A DNA stretch of 64,000 nucleotides from Octopus sinensis (lineage: Eukaryota): positions 79,794,001 to 79,858,000 of the forward strand of contig NC_043003.1 of the NCBI RefSeq assembly GCF_006345805.1, read 5' to 3'. Below are positions 1-13,102 of this stretch, in pieces. Every line of letters begins with the position of its first letter. Position 1 is the first letter of the stretch. The notes beneath the pieces are model-generated. The model made no database searches. It was not told the origin of the DNA and saw nothing but the letters and a program-made list of their open reading frames with translations. The position numbers and the translations under genes were made by a program.

Positions 1-1597
1 AATGGCAGTATCACGGAGGGAGCCTGCTGTATGGTTTTATTGCATGCAACTTATAAGACGCAGTTAGTTTGAAATCGCGATTCCTCTATTGTTCGTTTTG
101 CATATTTACTTTTGGAAATATGATAGCTAAATTGTCTTAGAGAGAGCATGATTATAAATAGGTTCTTATTAATTCCCATGCCCTATGTCGTGTTATGTGA
201 TGCACAAACACAAACAAACGCACACACACATACAGACATACACATGCATACACACGCACTCGTACACACATACACATACATTTGAATCTGCATGTGTGCA
301 TATTTGTGTCGGAGCATACATGAAGCAATGTGTGAAACAGGATATTTCCAGCTATATGGTTGAAATTGTAAATTTTGTTTTGGTTGTATAGAGTGAAGAA
401 GGAAATGGCCTTTAGAATTGTGTTGTCACTGGTTTCGCACAGATTTTTCACATTCTATGTGTTTACTGTTAGCGTGGCTTGAAACTACACGAAGCAGGTT
501 ATTCAGTAGCTTATGCGCTCGCTTCAGGAGATCTTAACACATACGTTTCTCCATGCTCTTCCGAATACATATGCACATGCTCACGTATATATAAATGTAT
601 TCATTCCATATATTTAAATGCATTCATTCTTTCACCATCTCTCTCTCTCTCTGTACACACACACGTATAGATTCACAGACACACACATGTACATGCAAAC
701 TTACACATTCTCTTTTTGTATTCGATTCTCTCGTCTTTCGCAGCCCCTACACATAAAGTTATGTGGCGAAATACACAAACACACACACACGTATTTGTTT
801 ATATAATGTAGGATCAGTCGAAGGATCGCGGTAAAAGCCAATTGGCTAGTCTTCATTATAGACACGACTTGTATAAAACATCAATAAAATTTATTAACCA
901 ATGCATCAAATATATTTCGTCTCATTTCGAAATCACGCAGAAAATTTCTATGACTGGTGCTACGTAACTCCATTTCGAAAGTAAAAAAATAAATGTGATA
1001 ATAAAATCTGTAAACAAAGGAGATGGAAGGGGTAGTTGAGTACTACAGCTGTTTCAAAAGTACATTGAATATATTTTACGTAAGTTTACGAATGTCCGGA
1101 GGACGCCCGACTGTTTACTTGAAAATAGTCCACCGTACTGCAGAAACAAAAGAAAGCGGGCTAGCACAAAGAATAAAAAATGTATGAGTGGAGACTAGAA
1201 TCGGTAAAAAAACTAAGGGAGTATCCTACTCAGAGATTACCTTAGTGAGATAGATGGGTGGGGGAATAATTTCGTTACCAGCGTATGCAAATTGCTGTAG
1301 TGGCTAGTGTAGATTATAGTCTCATTCATGTATCTGTGGCGTCAATAAAGAGTAGCCGGTGCGCGATAGCGTGGACATTTATAGATTATGATACATAAAT
1401 ATAAGTAATACAAGCTCATATGGGGCGGGGGGATAGGGAAGAGGCGGACAGGAAAGAGGAAAGTTAAAAAATAAAGTACTAGTATGTATACACTCATGAA
1501 TAGCCTAATCCACCGACACGCAAAAACTGCACAGACCTACAGTTACAAAGCGTATCACTATATACATATAACTTTAGGCACACATAAATATAAGCAA

Positions 1598-1652
1598 TAC
1601 ACACACACACACACACACATACACACATACAACACACACACACACAGACACA

Positions 1653-1714
<62 letters not shown>
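1598..1714. repeat. (CA)n microsatellite
   Basis: Long near-perfect CA run. Confidence 0.95.
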
Positions 1715-1719
<5 letters not shown>

Positions 1720-1876
1720 AGTGTGTTTAAAAAGGTTAATTGAAAGCGCTCACACACGAGGAAAAACTTCTTCCCAAAAAGGGTTAGTAACGTTCTGATA
1801 AGAGATTTTATAACTTTCTTAAAAATCAATAAAAAAAATCCCTTCATACTTAAAAACTGTATGAAGTAATTTTCAT

Positions 1877-1916
<40 letters not shown>

Positions 1917-1937
1917 CTATGAAAATTACAGTTCAAT

Positions 1938-2143
1938 ATGTGACCGCGTGTGTATCGTTGGCGATTTTCTTTCTCCGTCTTCCCTTCCTTGGACCTTTCC
2001 TTTTTCTATGTTTCTGACGAAGAGCTCCGCTCGAAACGTTAAATCCCCCTTCTTTCTTTCCTTTCCTGAGCGTCAAATAACACTACACTTGTTCCACGTC
2101 CTCGCGTTGTTGTTTTTACTCTTTGTTCATGTTTGGAGTAACT
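1938..2143 (+). mobile_element. Penelope-type terminal repeat (pLTR-like), copy 1, with hammerhead core
   Basis: Clearly homologous to the reverse complement of 3950-4158; contains CTGACGA-AGAGCTCCGCTC-GAAACGTT; 3' end abuts a (TA)n tract. Confidence 0.7.
2010..2044 (+). ncRNA. Minimal type I hammerhead ribozyme motif
   Basis: CUGACGA 2014-2020, one extra A, stem II GAGC/GCUC (2022-2032), GAAAC at 2033, palindromic ACGU helix III, short stem I GUUU/AAAU. Confidence 0.6.
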
Positions 2144-2479
2144 ATATATTTTCTATATATATATATATACATATATATATTCTATGTACATATTCTATAG
2201 AAATGTGCCTATATATCCTAACAACACATTGATAAATAATGCTGTTCATTAAGACTTTGTTATTTAATGGGCAAATAGTGATATCTATAATTACACCGTC
2301 TATCTGAGGGTCCGCACTGGTTGTAGTTCAGGCTGTTGCGCTAGAAGCCGTTCCTGCCTTGAATGAAGATACACCTAGTCTTCTCAGCACCAACGTTGGT
2401 AGGATGAACGAAAACGTGGTTAATTCTAGTGATATTCTCACTTAGAAAGCTACTTATATATATATAAGTATGTTTATGT

Positions 2480-3810
2480 GTATGTATATCATAGTTTAAA
2501 TGGTTTGGCTTTTAAACAAATAAATCTTTGACTGTCGGTGCAATAACTGGCTGGTAACACATCATCAGAATAGATCATAGAACTTGTTAGACATTTACTG
2601 TCTGGGCGGGATTAGGAAATGATGTCGGATTTATGCAGTTGACTGAAGGGATGATATGCGATGTATCTCAAGAACAAACTTTTGTTGGTTTATAATCGAC
2701 AGGGATTCGCTGAAGTTGTAGACAGTTGAATAGTTGACGTTAATCGTGTTTTTTCTTCTAAAATATTCCATTAAAGTTTTGTTCATTGCCGATGTGTGCG
2801 TTTACAAATTTTATAAATCTTCTGGCGTTGTATGTGATTAATTCTAAATTGTAAATTTCCTGTCTTCACACATGGTTTTGATATCATTGTGAGTGTTGTC
2901 TTTTATTTTAGTTCTAAAGCTGTTCATTAATAGAGATTCCATACAATAATATACCGCATTGTTAAAAGATGATTTATTGTATGAGATGCCAGATAATCCG
3001 AGGCTAGTATTTTTCCTAGATTCATTAAGATGTTGACCAGACTGCTTGAGTTATTATGCGTTGCTGTAAGATTTCATTCGGTTTTCTATAGCTGTGTTAT
3101 TTGCAAATATCTAAGCTTAATGTTAAGTCGATGAAATGAAACTATTTTATTGTTTGTTGACTATGAGTTTTAGGTACAATTCTTTAAATAAATTAGATTT
3201 TTTACAGCTTTGCCGCACTTTTGGCTATTTATGTTACGCCAAAATCATGAAATGCAAGCATTTAAAAAAAGTTTCATACTATACGTAAAAGGTGATGAAA
3301 CTGCATATTTCAGTTGAGTTATGTGCTATCCTGCTGTACTCAAAAGGAAACTTACCATCATTTTCGGCAGAAAAATCACTGTCTAACAATAATACTGGTT
3401 TTCTATCAAGATGCTTAGTTTGAATTTGGATTTTCTAATGGGTATATTGGCTCTTATGCGAGTCAATTTCGCTTGAAGTAAGAGTTTCAACATTACGGGT
3501 AATAATTTACGATATCGTATTGTGTAAATTTGTAATATTGCTTATCATTAACGTGACAGAAAGATTCGTAAACTGTGATGCTGATATTCTATAGTAGTAA
3601 AGCGGGGACTATCTTTAATTTGGCCTATGGCTTCAGTGATGTTAAAAGATGAATTATGTCGGCTATATTTAGATTCATCCCTATCTTCTTGGCTTCTCTG
3701 TTAATGGAATCTAATGCGTTATTGTAGCTGTTTTCATATAAGTTATAATAGCAGATTTGGTTTAGATAGTATAAGGACAGAAATAGGCTCGTATTAATGC
3801 CTGGCTTTCA
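2480..3810 (-). mobile_element. Degenerate Penelope-like element (RT N-terminus to thumb region)
   Basis: Minus-strand fragments LDSINREAKKIGMNLNIADII (~3650-3720), LSGISYNKSSFNNAVYY (~2940-3000) and RRKNTINVNYST (~2730-2760) resemble PLE RT segments; many stops and frameshifts. Confidence 0.7.
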
Positions 3811-3949
3811 GATTTGTTATGCAATATCTGTATATATACATTATATATAATGCATACATACAAAGATACTTACAAATATACATACATACATACATACATA
3901 TATATATATATAATATATATATATATAATATATATATATATATATACAA

Positions 3950-4158
3950 AGTTAATCCAAACGTGAAAACACAAAGAGAAAACACAACAACGCGAGGACG
4001 TGGAACAAATATAGATTTATTGGACGCTCAGGAAGGAAGGGAAGAAGGAGGGTTTAACGTTTCGAGCGGAGCTCTTCGTCAGAAACATAGGAAAAGAAAG
4101 ATCCAGAGAAGGGAAAACGGAGGAAAAAAATCGCCAACGGTACACACGAGGTCACATT
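3950..4158 (-). mobile_element. Penelope-type terminal repeat (pLTR-like), copy 2, with hammerhead core
   Basis: Inverted homolog of 1938-2143. Confidence 0.7.
4052..4086 (-). ncRNA. Minimal type I hammerhead ribozyme motif
   Basis: Reverse complement reads GTTT-CTGACGA-AGAGCTCCGCTC-GAAACGTT-AAAC; core identical to copy 1; stem I is 4 Watson-Crick pairs. Confidence 0.6.
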
Positions 4159-4859
4159 TACACACATTTATATATAAATGCATGTATGTGTGCATGTGTA
4201 TGTGTGTGTTTGTGCGTGCACGTGTTTACATTTAAACATCGGTTAACACAATACTCAGTTCGACTCTGTTTCATTTGGTTTGGTATAGGTAGAACTTTGT
4301 TTTAGCGGACATTTCTAGTGTAGAAACGAAACATTGTTATATTGTCCTTTCCGTTTCAGTGATTCATTTTCCTTTCATTTTATCTTCATTAAAGTTGTGT
4401 ATGCTAACTACACACACACGCACACACGAGTGTTTGTATGTATATATGTATGTATAATTCGTATTTTTTATCGTTTTAAATAATTGTTTCAATTTTATTT
4501 GTGTATATATTTATGCATGACATCAGTAAAAACATGCATCTAACACTTTGCATGTTGATTTGTAGAAACAATCTACCGTGTAAACCGAAGAACAACTGTT
4601 AATTCCTCTTTCTCACTCTCCCTCTCTCTCTCTCACACACATTCCCTTTCTCTCTGTGCGTATATGACACTATATGCAGAATTAGGCGATATGTGGTACC
4701 TTAAATTCATTGCTGTTTTACCAAGTTCATCGCAAACCAAAATAGAACGGTTGATGTCATAGCGTTGTCTTGGTCAGTATAAGAGTTAACCGATGCTTAG
4801 AATTCCATGTAACGATATGAAGCGCAACTGTTCTCGGACTGGCAACTGCTCCATTACAT

Positions 4860-5460
4860 CACACTGGGAAAGCAATGCATTTTCACCCCAAGACAAGAAG
4901 ATAGTTGCAAAATAGGTAATGAACAAATGAGGCAGTAAAACTTGGAGCCCAACAATGCAACGGAAAATGTCAATTATATCACATGAAGGAAGACATCAGA
5001 CATATTGAAACCAGCTGCACAAAAATGCCTTCAAGCTGCACTCTTCTTTCGTGACCTGACATTGTCGCTTAAACAATATAGAATGTCATCTGAAAAACAA
5101 AACTGTCCCAGCATAAGTATAGAGAATCACTCTGTTATTGAATACATATATAAGCATCACATCAACATAAAGCAATACTGGTGGAACATTTACATCAAAA
5201 CCTCTACAAAGTGCAAGCATTACAGGCTGAATATAGTTAATTGGATTATGCACGAAAATTTATGTACCGTCAGAGAGGTCAACTACATTGAAAGTCAAAA
5301 GAAAGAGATTAACTATGAACAACTGCTTCGAAACCTTCAGCTTCTATATTCAGATTATAAATTCTTATTTATACCACTAATAATTCGTGCTCTTGGTTTT
5401 GGTTGCAAAATGTCAAGTGATAACCTAGAAGAGCTAACAAGCTAGCACGTACGTTACAAA
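4860..5460 (+). mobile_element. R4/Dong-like non-LTR retrotransposon 3' fragment (Zn knuckle remnant plus restriction-like endonuclease)
   Basis: WWNIYIKTSTKCKHYRLNIV..LCTVREV..NYEQLLRNLQLLYSDYKFLFIPLIIRALG resembles the RLE domain (PD..D/E region). Confidence 0.75.
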
Positions 5461-5612
5461 TACAATTTGTTGAAGAAAGAGTAGAAATATACAACACTTT
5501 TCTCAAGTTCAATGTGACATTGTTTTTGGCATGCAACTTTGTATGTTTGTTAGAAATCAGTTCCTTCTTTACAGAAATACTTCAAATAATTAAAAACAGA
5601 AGAAAACAGACA

Positions 5613-5790
5613 TACAAAGGGGTGCTGAAAAGTTTTTAGCATTAAAGGTATTGAAAAAGGCCTCGTTGGAGGTTCAACCTTCAGAGTTCTTTTACAGGGC
5701 TTAGAAAATCTGAAGGACCGCTGCAATAAGTGTGTGAATCTGAGAGGGGAATTCGTAGAATAAAATCATAATCAACTGATTCTCCTGTAT
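5613..5790 (+). mobile_element. Mariner-derived non-autonomous remnant
   Basis: TA plus TIR-like CAAAGGGGTGCTGAAAAGTT; C-terminal mariner-like peptide LENLKDRCNKCVNLRGEFVE*. Confidence 0.55.
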
Positions 5791-8504
5791 GTGTATGCGT
5801 GTGTGTGTGTGTGTGTGTGTGTGTATGTTTGACAATTGTGCTAATATGGTCTTGTTGATGACCTCATCCTATCGGGTATAAATTAATTTTTAGGGAATAT
5901 TAAACAAGGTATTTCACTTCGAAACAAAATGAAAAACGATTTATATGGGGATTTAAAGGAGAAACGGATCTGCAGTTAAAGGCCATTAACATACTGGAGA
6001 GGGATCCGTTATCTACTTTTCAAAGACCCGGTGATGCCTGCACCGAGATGAGATTCTCAATTTTCACCTGTACCAGTTCACCTTGTCACAAATAATTCTG
6101 CTTTGGAATGTGAATAATGCTTACTACAGGAAAGTTTTGAAAAGCTCTTCGGGTGATGTATGCTTATGTTTGTATCTATTTTTGAGTTTTTGCTCAGTCA
6201 AAATTCTGCCCTAAGTATATTCTTGTGAAATAATGGGTATCAGCACAAAAATCAATTTCTGGTACACTATATAACAAATATGATGTCTTCAACACTGCTA
6301 TGACGATCCAATTGTTTAAGCTGTACCTCTATCGCGAAGAAAATATCAAATATATATTTTATAATGACAATCTTCTGGAAATTAATTGAGTTTGTAACCA
6401 CAAGAAAATTCATTCTTACTCCGAAAGCTATCAATGTAATTAACAAACAAAGCAAACAAAAATTCTAAGAAATTCCCTAACTGCAAAGATAGCACAAAAT
6501 GTTAGTTCAAAATAGAATTACCGATTATGCGGTTGTTGTGTTACTAAAACAAAGAAAAAAAAATAAAGAAATTTATCAAGTCAAATTACGAACGAATAAT
6601 AATTAAAACAAGTTAAAGTTAACAATCAAAATGACACGTATCTAAAGAGTTAATTATAAATGGATGCACGATGTGATTGAAAATAAATGTTTATTTTGTT
6701 TGTACCTGACACATCAAAACATTCCGACATATTTTTTCTCACCTCACTAAATGCTTTGATTTTGTTTCATGATAGATAAAAACATATGATGAACTTCATA
6801 AAACTAGGCAATTTCTATTTAATTTACTCTGTCTCTATCTGTATTTCTATATTTTCACCACTTAATGGAAGCGCCACAGAAAAAAGCTCCAATATTTTTC
6901 TTTTCATATTCTAACATTCACGTCCATACATATTAGTTTCAAAGGAAGATAAAATGGAGTCTAAACCTTGTCTTTTCCCATATATTATTGATTTGATTGA
7001 ATGTCCTAAATCGTTGTTATTTTTGTTATGTTGCTTCAAGCAAACCCCTACTGAGTACATCAATGACACAGACAGCCAATCGAACGACTACGTGCGCAAT
7101 CTACAGAGTAACGGCTTGCAATATGCCACAACTCTGTCCTATTGGGGGATCACACTTCATATTCTGACGTTGGTAGTCGAATGTGGTGCTGCTGTGTACA
7201 AGGCACCCAACTCGGATCAAGTAAACGTCTCACCAAATGTATTCTAGACAGGACCATTTGGACATGACCATTCAGATCTAAAACTACTTTATCTGAAGAG
7301 GAATTTGCTATTTTAAAAAACCTGACTAGAAAAAGAGATTAGCTATTGCCCCATACTTTAGTTGTGGTTAATTGGTAAAACCAAAGTGCTTAGAGTATCT
7401 AGTAACTGCCTTATTTGAACGCTCTCACGTTAAATATAATTCTGGCCCAGTTTGCGATTTCTTTGCTTAATTGATAAAATAAAGTACCAGTAGAGTACTG
7501 GTTTCGATATAATATTCCCATTGAGTTCCCTAGATGCGAATGGAACTGTACCAGTAGTCTAGCAACGGCTCTTTACTGATGCATTAATGATAGAAGTTAT
7601 GGCATGGTCACGTCTGGAATGGTTATAACCACAGGTTGAGTCAATTAGGGATGAAAAGAAGGGATTGGTTACATAACAACATGTCAACAAAATAAAACAA
7701 ACAAACAAATGCGACAATAGCAGCATCAAGGAAACTGTCAAGTCCACTGAGTTAGGATTCATGAGCTGAAACAGATGTCAAAGGGAGACAACTCTCCTAA
7801 GACGACCCGCATTGCTGTGCTCACGAACGGATTCTGCAGATGTTAAAGACGAGCTAACAAGAGAGCCTCTATGCGATCGTTTGACCTGGTAGAAATTGTA
7901 GACAAATCTTCTTCAAATCTGAATCCCAATCTATTAACAAATGAACAACACACTGGTCAATGAAGTAATAAGTATCCTTGAAAAATGGGATGGTCACCAC
8001 TATAATGCATTCAGTTATATGTCTGATGGATCGGGGCTGATGCAGAACTAAAATAACAACATTAGACATACAAAAATATGTTCGACGGTGAAGGACAGAA
8101 GCACACTATAGTAAGACTACAACATTGCGTTTGATACGCTTAATATCAAATGTCGGTCTATTTATTGTGGTTTTAAGACAAAGATATGGTGTATTTGGAA
8201 TAATAGTTCCCACATCTAATTAGAAAAATATGAACTAATGTGCCATAAATTTGCTCATGTGGAGTTGATGAAAATAGTGCTACACAGATACACAAACATC
8301 ACAAGAGTAAATGTTATTTAGTTCCATGTGAAGCCTGATAGAGTAAACGTGAGTTTAAAGGCATTCAAGCTCTGTTTAATCCATCATTTTGGAAGTATGT
8401 TGGATTACATTTTCCAATGTCTGTTTTCTTTATTTAAGATAATAAAATGAGATTAGCTGAGGTTTCTTGCAGGTCAAGCAATCAAATAATGGAACCCTCA
8501 GTAA

Positions 8505-8940
8505 TAGCTATTTCAAATTTTGGCACAGGGCCAGCAATTTTTGAGTGGAGAAATCGATTACATCGATACCAGTAATTGAATGTTACTTGTTTTATCGACC
8601 TCGAAAAGATGAAAGACGAAATCAACTTCAACAGAATTTGAACTTAGATCCCAAAGACGGACGAAATGTTGCCAAACATTTTACTCGGCGTGCTAACGGT
8701 TCTGCCAGCTTTACCCTCAGTAATAACGGTTTCAAATTTTGGCATAAGGCCAGCAGGTTTCGAGGAGGGGCTAAGTCGATTAAATCGTTCCTTATTTTTC
8801 AACTGGTACTAATTTCATCGACCTTCGAAAGGATGACAAGCAATGTCAACCTCGTCATTTGAACTCAGATCGTAAAGACAGACGAAATGCCGATAAGCAT
8901 TTTGTCCGCGTGCAAACAGTTTTGCCAGCTCGCCGCCACG
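8505..8940 (-). mobile_element. Two tandem degenerate SINE-A copies (tRNA-derived)
   Basis: Reverse complement of the GGCGGCGAGCTGGCAGAA..GTTCAAATT..GGTCGATAAAATAAGTACC core, twice. Confidence 0.85.
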
Positions 8941-10281
8941 CTTTACCTCAGTAATATAAATAAGAACTGCTAGATCCCTCGGATTTCTATACAATTTTAG
9001 TCAGGTTTCATACAGCTTGTCACCCGCTGAATATCGTCCATGTTGAAAATCAACATTTTAAGAAGTATCGTTGTTTATTTAATTCTGCGCAATCAGCAAC
9101 CATGATATTATGTTAATTTATCAATTTGTACTTTGAACAATGGGGAATTTCTTGGCAGATAAACATATAAACAAACAGCTAAGATAAACAGATAAACAAA
9201 CAACGAAATAAACAAACGAGCAAATAAACAAACGAAGCTACCGAGAACAATGAACGAAAGGGGAAAAAATGGAAATGACTGTGAACAATGACTGAAAATA
9301 AATATATAAATCGTTATTTTCCCGGAAGATTAAATTCAACGCTTCGTGCTGAGTATTTCTATCCAACCCCGTCGCCATTATCCACATACTTCCATTTTAT
9401 ATCATTAATATCATCATAATCATCACCATAATCAAAAATAAAATTATCATTAGCATCACACATAGATACGTATAGATATACATATACAGAACTACACACA
9501 GACACATATTGCTTATATTGACACCGATAGGTACATTTTTTTAATGTATAATTCGTTTTCTCTGATAGACGCAAACTATTTTGTATACGATAATAGTAAA
9601 AAAAATGGCTGGAGGAAATAATAACATGAAAGGAGTAAGTTTAATAACGACAGTATCATAACTTTCACTTTACCACCGAAAGGCAAATGAAAACTCCACA
9701 ATTACAAATAACTTCTCATATGCATGATGGTCTTTCTACATTGTATTGAATCGTCGTAACAGTAGTTCAATACTGCATTGTGAGTCGTTTGCAATCACTA
9801 CCTACTATTGATAGGTGTTCTTATAAAGCTATGAGCTATTAAGATTCGCAATTGATTTTTTTACGTAATATAACTCTTCCCTATTCAAAATCGTTACTAA
9901 CGTGTTTGTTGTAAAAATAGGAGAAAATCTATTTACTGCGGGTTGTTTTGGAATATTTTTCCAATCAATATTGGAGAAATCTGTGTTAAATATATTTTAT
10001 GAATGTTTTCAAATCAAGTGACTTTGAAAGAAACGAAACCATGCGAAGAACAAGCAGTCACGTGGTATTGATAAAGTTATGGCTAAATATTTATTTAAAA
10101 AAAATAGCCGAAAAAAATCTCAATATAAATATAGTTTTGAGAATTATTTGGTACTAACAATTGAAATGTATCTATGAACTGATATAAAGTAGTTCACTTG
10201 AAGTTCTTCAGTTCAAGGCCTAAACATTATTGTAAGTGAAGATTCAGAGTTTAGAACTTAATTATAGATATTTCTTTAATA

Positions 10282-10463
10282 GGTGCAGGCATGGCTTCAT
10301 AGGCGTAGGCGTGAATGCGTGGTAAATAACTTACTTGACAAACACATGGTTCCGAGTTCAGTCTCACTGCATGGCACCTTGGGCAAGTGTCTTCTACTAT
10401 AGCCTCGGGCCGACCAAAGCGTTGTGAGTGGATTTGGTAGACAGAAACTGAAAGAAGCCTGTC

Positions 10464-10509
<46 letters not shown>

Positions 10510-10526
10510 GACAACCGATGTTGGTG

Positions 10527-10561
<35 letters not shown>

Positions 10562-10767
10562 TTGCGCGTGTGTGGGTGTGTGGGTGTGTGTATATACGAA
10601 AACCGATCTTGGTGTGTTTACGGCCCCGTAACTTAGAGGTTCGGCAAAAGAGGCCGATAAAAGAAGTACTAGGCTTACAAACAAGAAGTCCTGGGGTCGA
10701 TATTTGTTCGACTAAAGGCGGTGCTCCAGCATGGCTGTAGTCAAATGACTGAAACAAGTAAAAGAAT
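10282..10767 (+). mobile_element. SINE-B (tRNA head, internal (TA)n/(TG)n, tail ..TGACTGAAACAAGTAAAAGA)
   Basis: Homologous to 18520-18929 and 34395-34830. Confidence 0.9.
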
Positions 10768-11017
10768 ATAATTTGTGCAATATCTATAAGTTTCCTGGCT
10801 TAACGGAGATATTGTTGGAAATGTATCCAGCACAGAATCAATATTGCGAAGCCTATATCCCATTGAGATACATTCTCAGGACAAGTGTTAGATAAGTTTT
10901 CGCAAAACACGAATCATTGTCAACAACATTTTTATCTATTGCTCTATGTTGTAATCTCTAAGACCCATTATTGCCTTCTGACCCGTCTGAAAGTCTTTAG
11001 CTTGAGGCAGTTCTTAC

Positions 11018-11071
11018 CAGTGATAAAATACTTATTGCTCTCCTATTGGTCAGTATTGAGAAATTTTGGGC
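11018..11071 (-). CDS. Candidate 54-nt exon D of unidentified minus-strand gene (AQNFSILTNRRAISILSL)
   Basis: Acceptor ttttattcag and donor ctg|gtaaga; only phase 0 is open. Confidence 0.35.
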
Positions 11072-11439
11072 CTGAATAAAATTAGCTTGTTTTGCATATA
11101 GATAATTAATAACGTAATGTCCATCTTAATATTACTACAGTTATGTTATGCAACATTGTGTAAGCTACCTGATATGCACGGTTTTCTCCAAATGCATATG
11201 TCAAACGTTTCCACTAAATAAAGCATTAGGTGTCGATGAGCAAAAGTTTTTCTCTATCATAGGAAGAACTTCATACGAAAAAAAGAAAAATAACTCAAGA
11301 ACACTCTAAGGAACAAGTCTATAGCATTGCAATCATGTTCTTTCCTCTTTCTTTCTTTCTTTCTTTATGCCTTTAACCCCCCCAACGCTGAGTATAAGCC
11401 ACTTATAGTTGAATTCCATGTCGCATAATTTTTCGCTTC

Positions 11440-11900
11440 TGTACTTATACTCTGCCATGAATTAAATCAAGAACAGGCAACACGGAAGCCCAAACCTAGT
11501 TAAGATACGTAGATGAGATCTCTGTGTGCAGGTAACTCTAATACGGCTTTCAATTCCTTGTATATGACATGAACGCAAGAGACACACAAATGTAGTTTAA
11601 ACCCGGAAGGGAATGAATGGATCAACAGTTGCATTTCTTTGATGCAGTAATGCAAAAGACAGAAGCAGACATCAGTGAATCGAACATGAGTACTTTCTGG
11701 TCTCATCAAGTGTTCACGTTTAAGAAAGGAATTTTCAAAATCCATCTGTATCAATTTTATATAGAACAAAGATATCTTCTAGAAAATATATTCCTACATA
11801 ATAGATACTCATCCCATCAATGTAAAGCCAACAGTCACTCTTAATCAGAAAGTAATGGTTAAACTCTAAGGTAACTTTACTGCAGAAGTCTGAGAAAAGT
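11440..11900 (+). mobile_element. Penelope-like RT fossil
   Basis: LRYVDEIS (YxDD-like motif) at ~11503-11526, followed by QQLHFFDAVM (cf. QLPFLDVL). Confidence 0.55.
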
Positions 11901-12473
11901 TCAGAGAATAGCATCAGTACAACCTCCTGTAACTCACACTGCTCAAAATATTTACCATAGTTGAGTCTAATTATAGATTGGTACAACATAACTGCATCCG
12001 TATCATTCCATAGATTTGGAGAAAGTCTTATAAAAGAGAAACTGGGAAGAACCTAAATGTTAAAATAGAAAAAATATGGGAAAAATCTTAATGACAGGAA
12101 GGATATCTAAGGCAGTGATGGCTAAGCATATCTATTGTAAAGAAGGAAATCACAAACTGTTATGGAACGGAATTATCATAACTGAGAGAACCACAGTGAA
12201 ATTTTCGAAAATTCAAAGAAGCAGTTCATATGGAGCCTGTTGAAAGCTCAGTCAGTATGCACCACTTTGATATCAGCTCACTTTTATCTTTACTGAATGA
12301 TACATTTAAAACCTCAAAATGTAAAATGTAGAAGCATCAGAAACATGGTGGATAAGCATTATCAATTTACCCTTAGATATAAAGCTCCTTAGTTTGAATA
12401 CACTCTGGTATTAAGATGCATTCAAGAAATAAGACATTTGATGATATGTTTAGATAGAAACATTGAGTAAACA

Positions 12474-12873
12474 GGCGGCGAGCTGGCAGACTCGTTAGCA
12501 CGCCGGGCGAAATACATAGCGGTATTTCGTCTGCCGTTACGTTCAGAGTTCAAATTCCGCCGAGGTCGACTTGGCCTTTCATCCTTTCGCGGTCGATAAA
12601 TTAAGTACTAGTTACGCACTGGGGTCGATGTAATCGATTTAATACCTATGTCTGTCCTTGTTTGTCCCCTCTGCGTTTAGCCCCTTGTGGGTAATAAAGA
12701 AATAGGTATTTCGTCTGCAGTTACGTTCTGAGTTCAAATTGTGCTGAGGTCGACTTTGCCTTTCATCCTTTCGGAGTCGATTAAATAAGTACCAGTAACG
12801 CACTGGGGTCGATATAATTGACTTAATCCGTTTGTCTGTCCTTGTTTGCTCCCTTGTGGGCAGTAAAGAAATA
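12474..12873 (+). mobile_element. SINE-A dimer (head-core-tail1 plus core-tail1)
   Basis: 18-bp TSD AGAAACATTGAGTAAACA at 12456-12473 and 12874-12891; internal junction at 12704/12705. Confidence 0.9.
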
Positions 12874-12894
12874 AGAAACATTGAGTAAACATCG

Positions 12895-13102
12895 GTATCA
12901 AATTCTGGTGTAGAGGTAGCAATTTCAAGGGAGGAGGTAAGTCAGTTACATCGGCCCAAGTATTCAACTGGTACTTATTTCATCGATCCCCAAAGGATAA
13001 AAGCCAAAGTTGACTTCAGTGGTATTTGAACTCAGAACCTTAAGTCGGGAAAATGCCGCTAAGTATTTTCCTATTGTGGTAACGATTCTGCCAGTTCACC
13101 CC
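12895..13102 (-). mobile_element. SINE-A degenerate copy (tail 2)
   Basis: Reverse complement of the SINE-A core. Confidence 0.8.

Noticed and set aside
7559-7765. ORF after a strong minus-strand acceptor as a possible terminal exon
   Set aside because: It contains a (TTTG)n repeat, the peptide is unrecognisable, and there is no independent support.
12474-12560. tRNA genes
   Set aside because: All tRNA-like A/B-box sequences are SINE heads without a complete cloverleaf.
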